From Macrostomum lignano (lineage: Eukaryota): DNA of 32,343 nucleotides. This document shows, one piece after another, positions 32,050 to 32,343 of the stretch. The DNA lies in the NCBI GenBank assembly GCA_002269645.1, contig NIVC01000898.1, positions 1-32,343 of the forward strand, read 5' to 3'. How positions within the stretch are numbered: position 1 is the first letter of the stretch; each line of letters begins with the position of its first letter. The position numbers and the translations under genes were made by a program. Below the pieces are notes generated by a model. The model worked only from the letters and a program-made list of their open reading frames with translations, did no database searches and was not told the origin of the DNA.

Positions 32050-32343
32050 AAACAGAGAGAAAAGGCTCGTGCATTTTTCAGAGACAAACAGATGCAGGTC
32101 GGCTCTCCCAATGGAATTCTTGGATGCGTGGAAAATTTGAAAAGATCTGACAGGCGCCTGTACCCTGCTTTTTACTACAGCTCTCACTACTTCAGGGTCA
32201 ACCCCTGAACTAGTCTCCACTTGACTACTGAACTATTGCTCTAAAACCTAAGTATTGTATTAGCTAAAGCCCGTGGATTCATTTATACGAAGTCCTTAAT
32301 TATTTTCCATAACAATAAATTTTTCCGCCGTTTGACATACGAG

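Overview
Eukaryotic (metazoan) genomic DNA with four intron-containing genes; no prokaryotic features, CRISPR arrays or rRNA were found. Composition, poly-Q tracts, short introns and dense minisatellites suggest a flatworm such as Macrostomum, which is an inference only. Genes, rebuilt by hand from GT-AG splice sites and reading-frame phase: (1) a 5'-truncated tachykinin-receptor-like GPCR (+, <1-1962); (2) a complete 13-exon GAF-GAF-PDEase cyclic nucleotide phosphodiesterase of the PDE5/6/11 clade (+, 4028-13339, about 918 aa); (3) an unrecognised 8-10 exon gene (-, 21408-14666, about 776-806 aa); (4) the hinge, kinase and C-tail exons of a conventional PKC (-, 31040-24010; C1/C2 exons not found in the window). 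Introns carry an apparent tRNA-derived SINE family (3 clear copies, two with target-site duplications, plus 2 diverged relatives) and at least 7 unrelated minisatellites. The most notable observations are a Glu in place of the phospho-Ser in the hydrophobic motif of an otherwise conventional PKC, the SINE family with all copies sense to the host gene, the orphan gene, an intron made almost entirely of a branch-point-like repeat, and two apparent 1-nt frameshifts that may be assembly errors.
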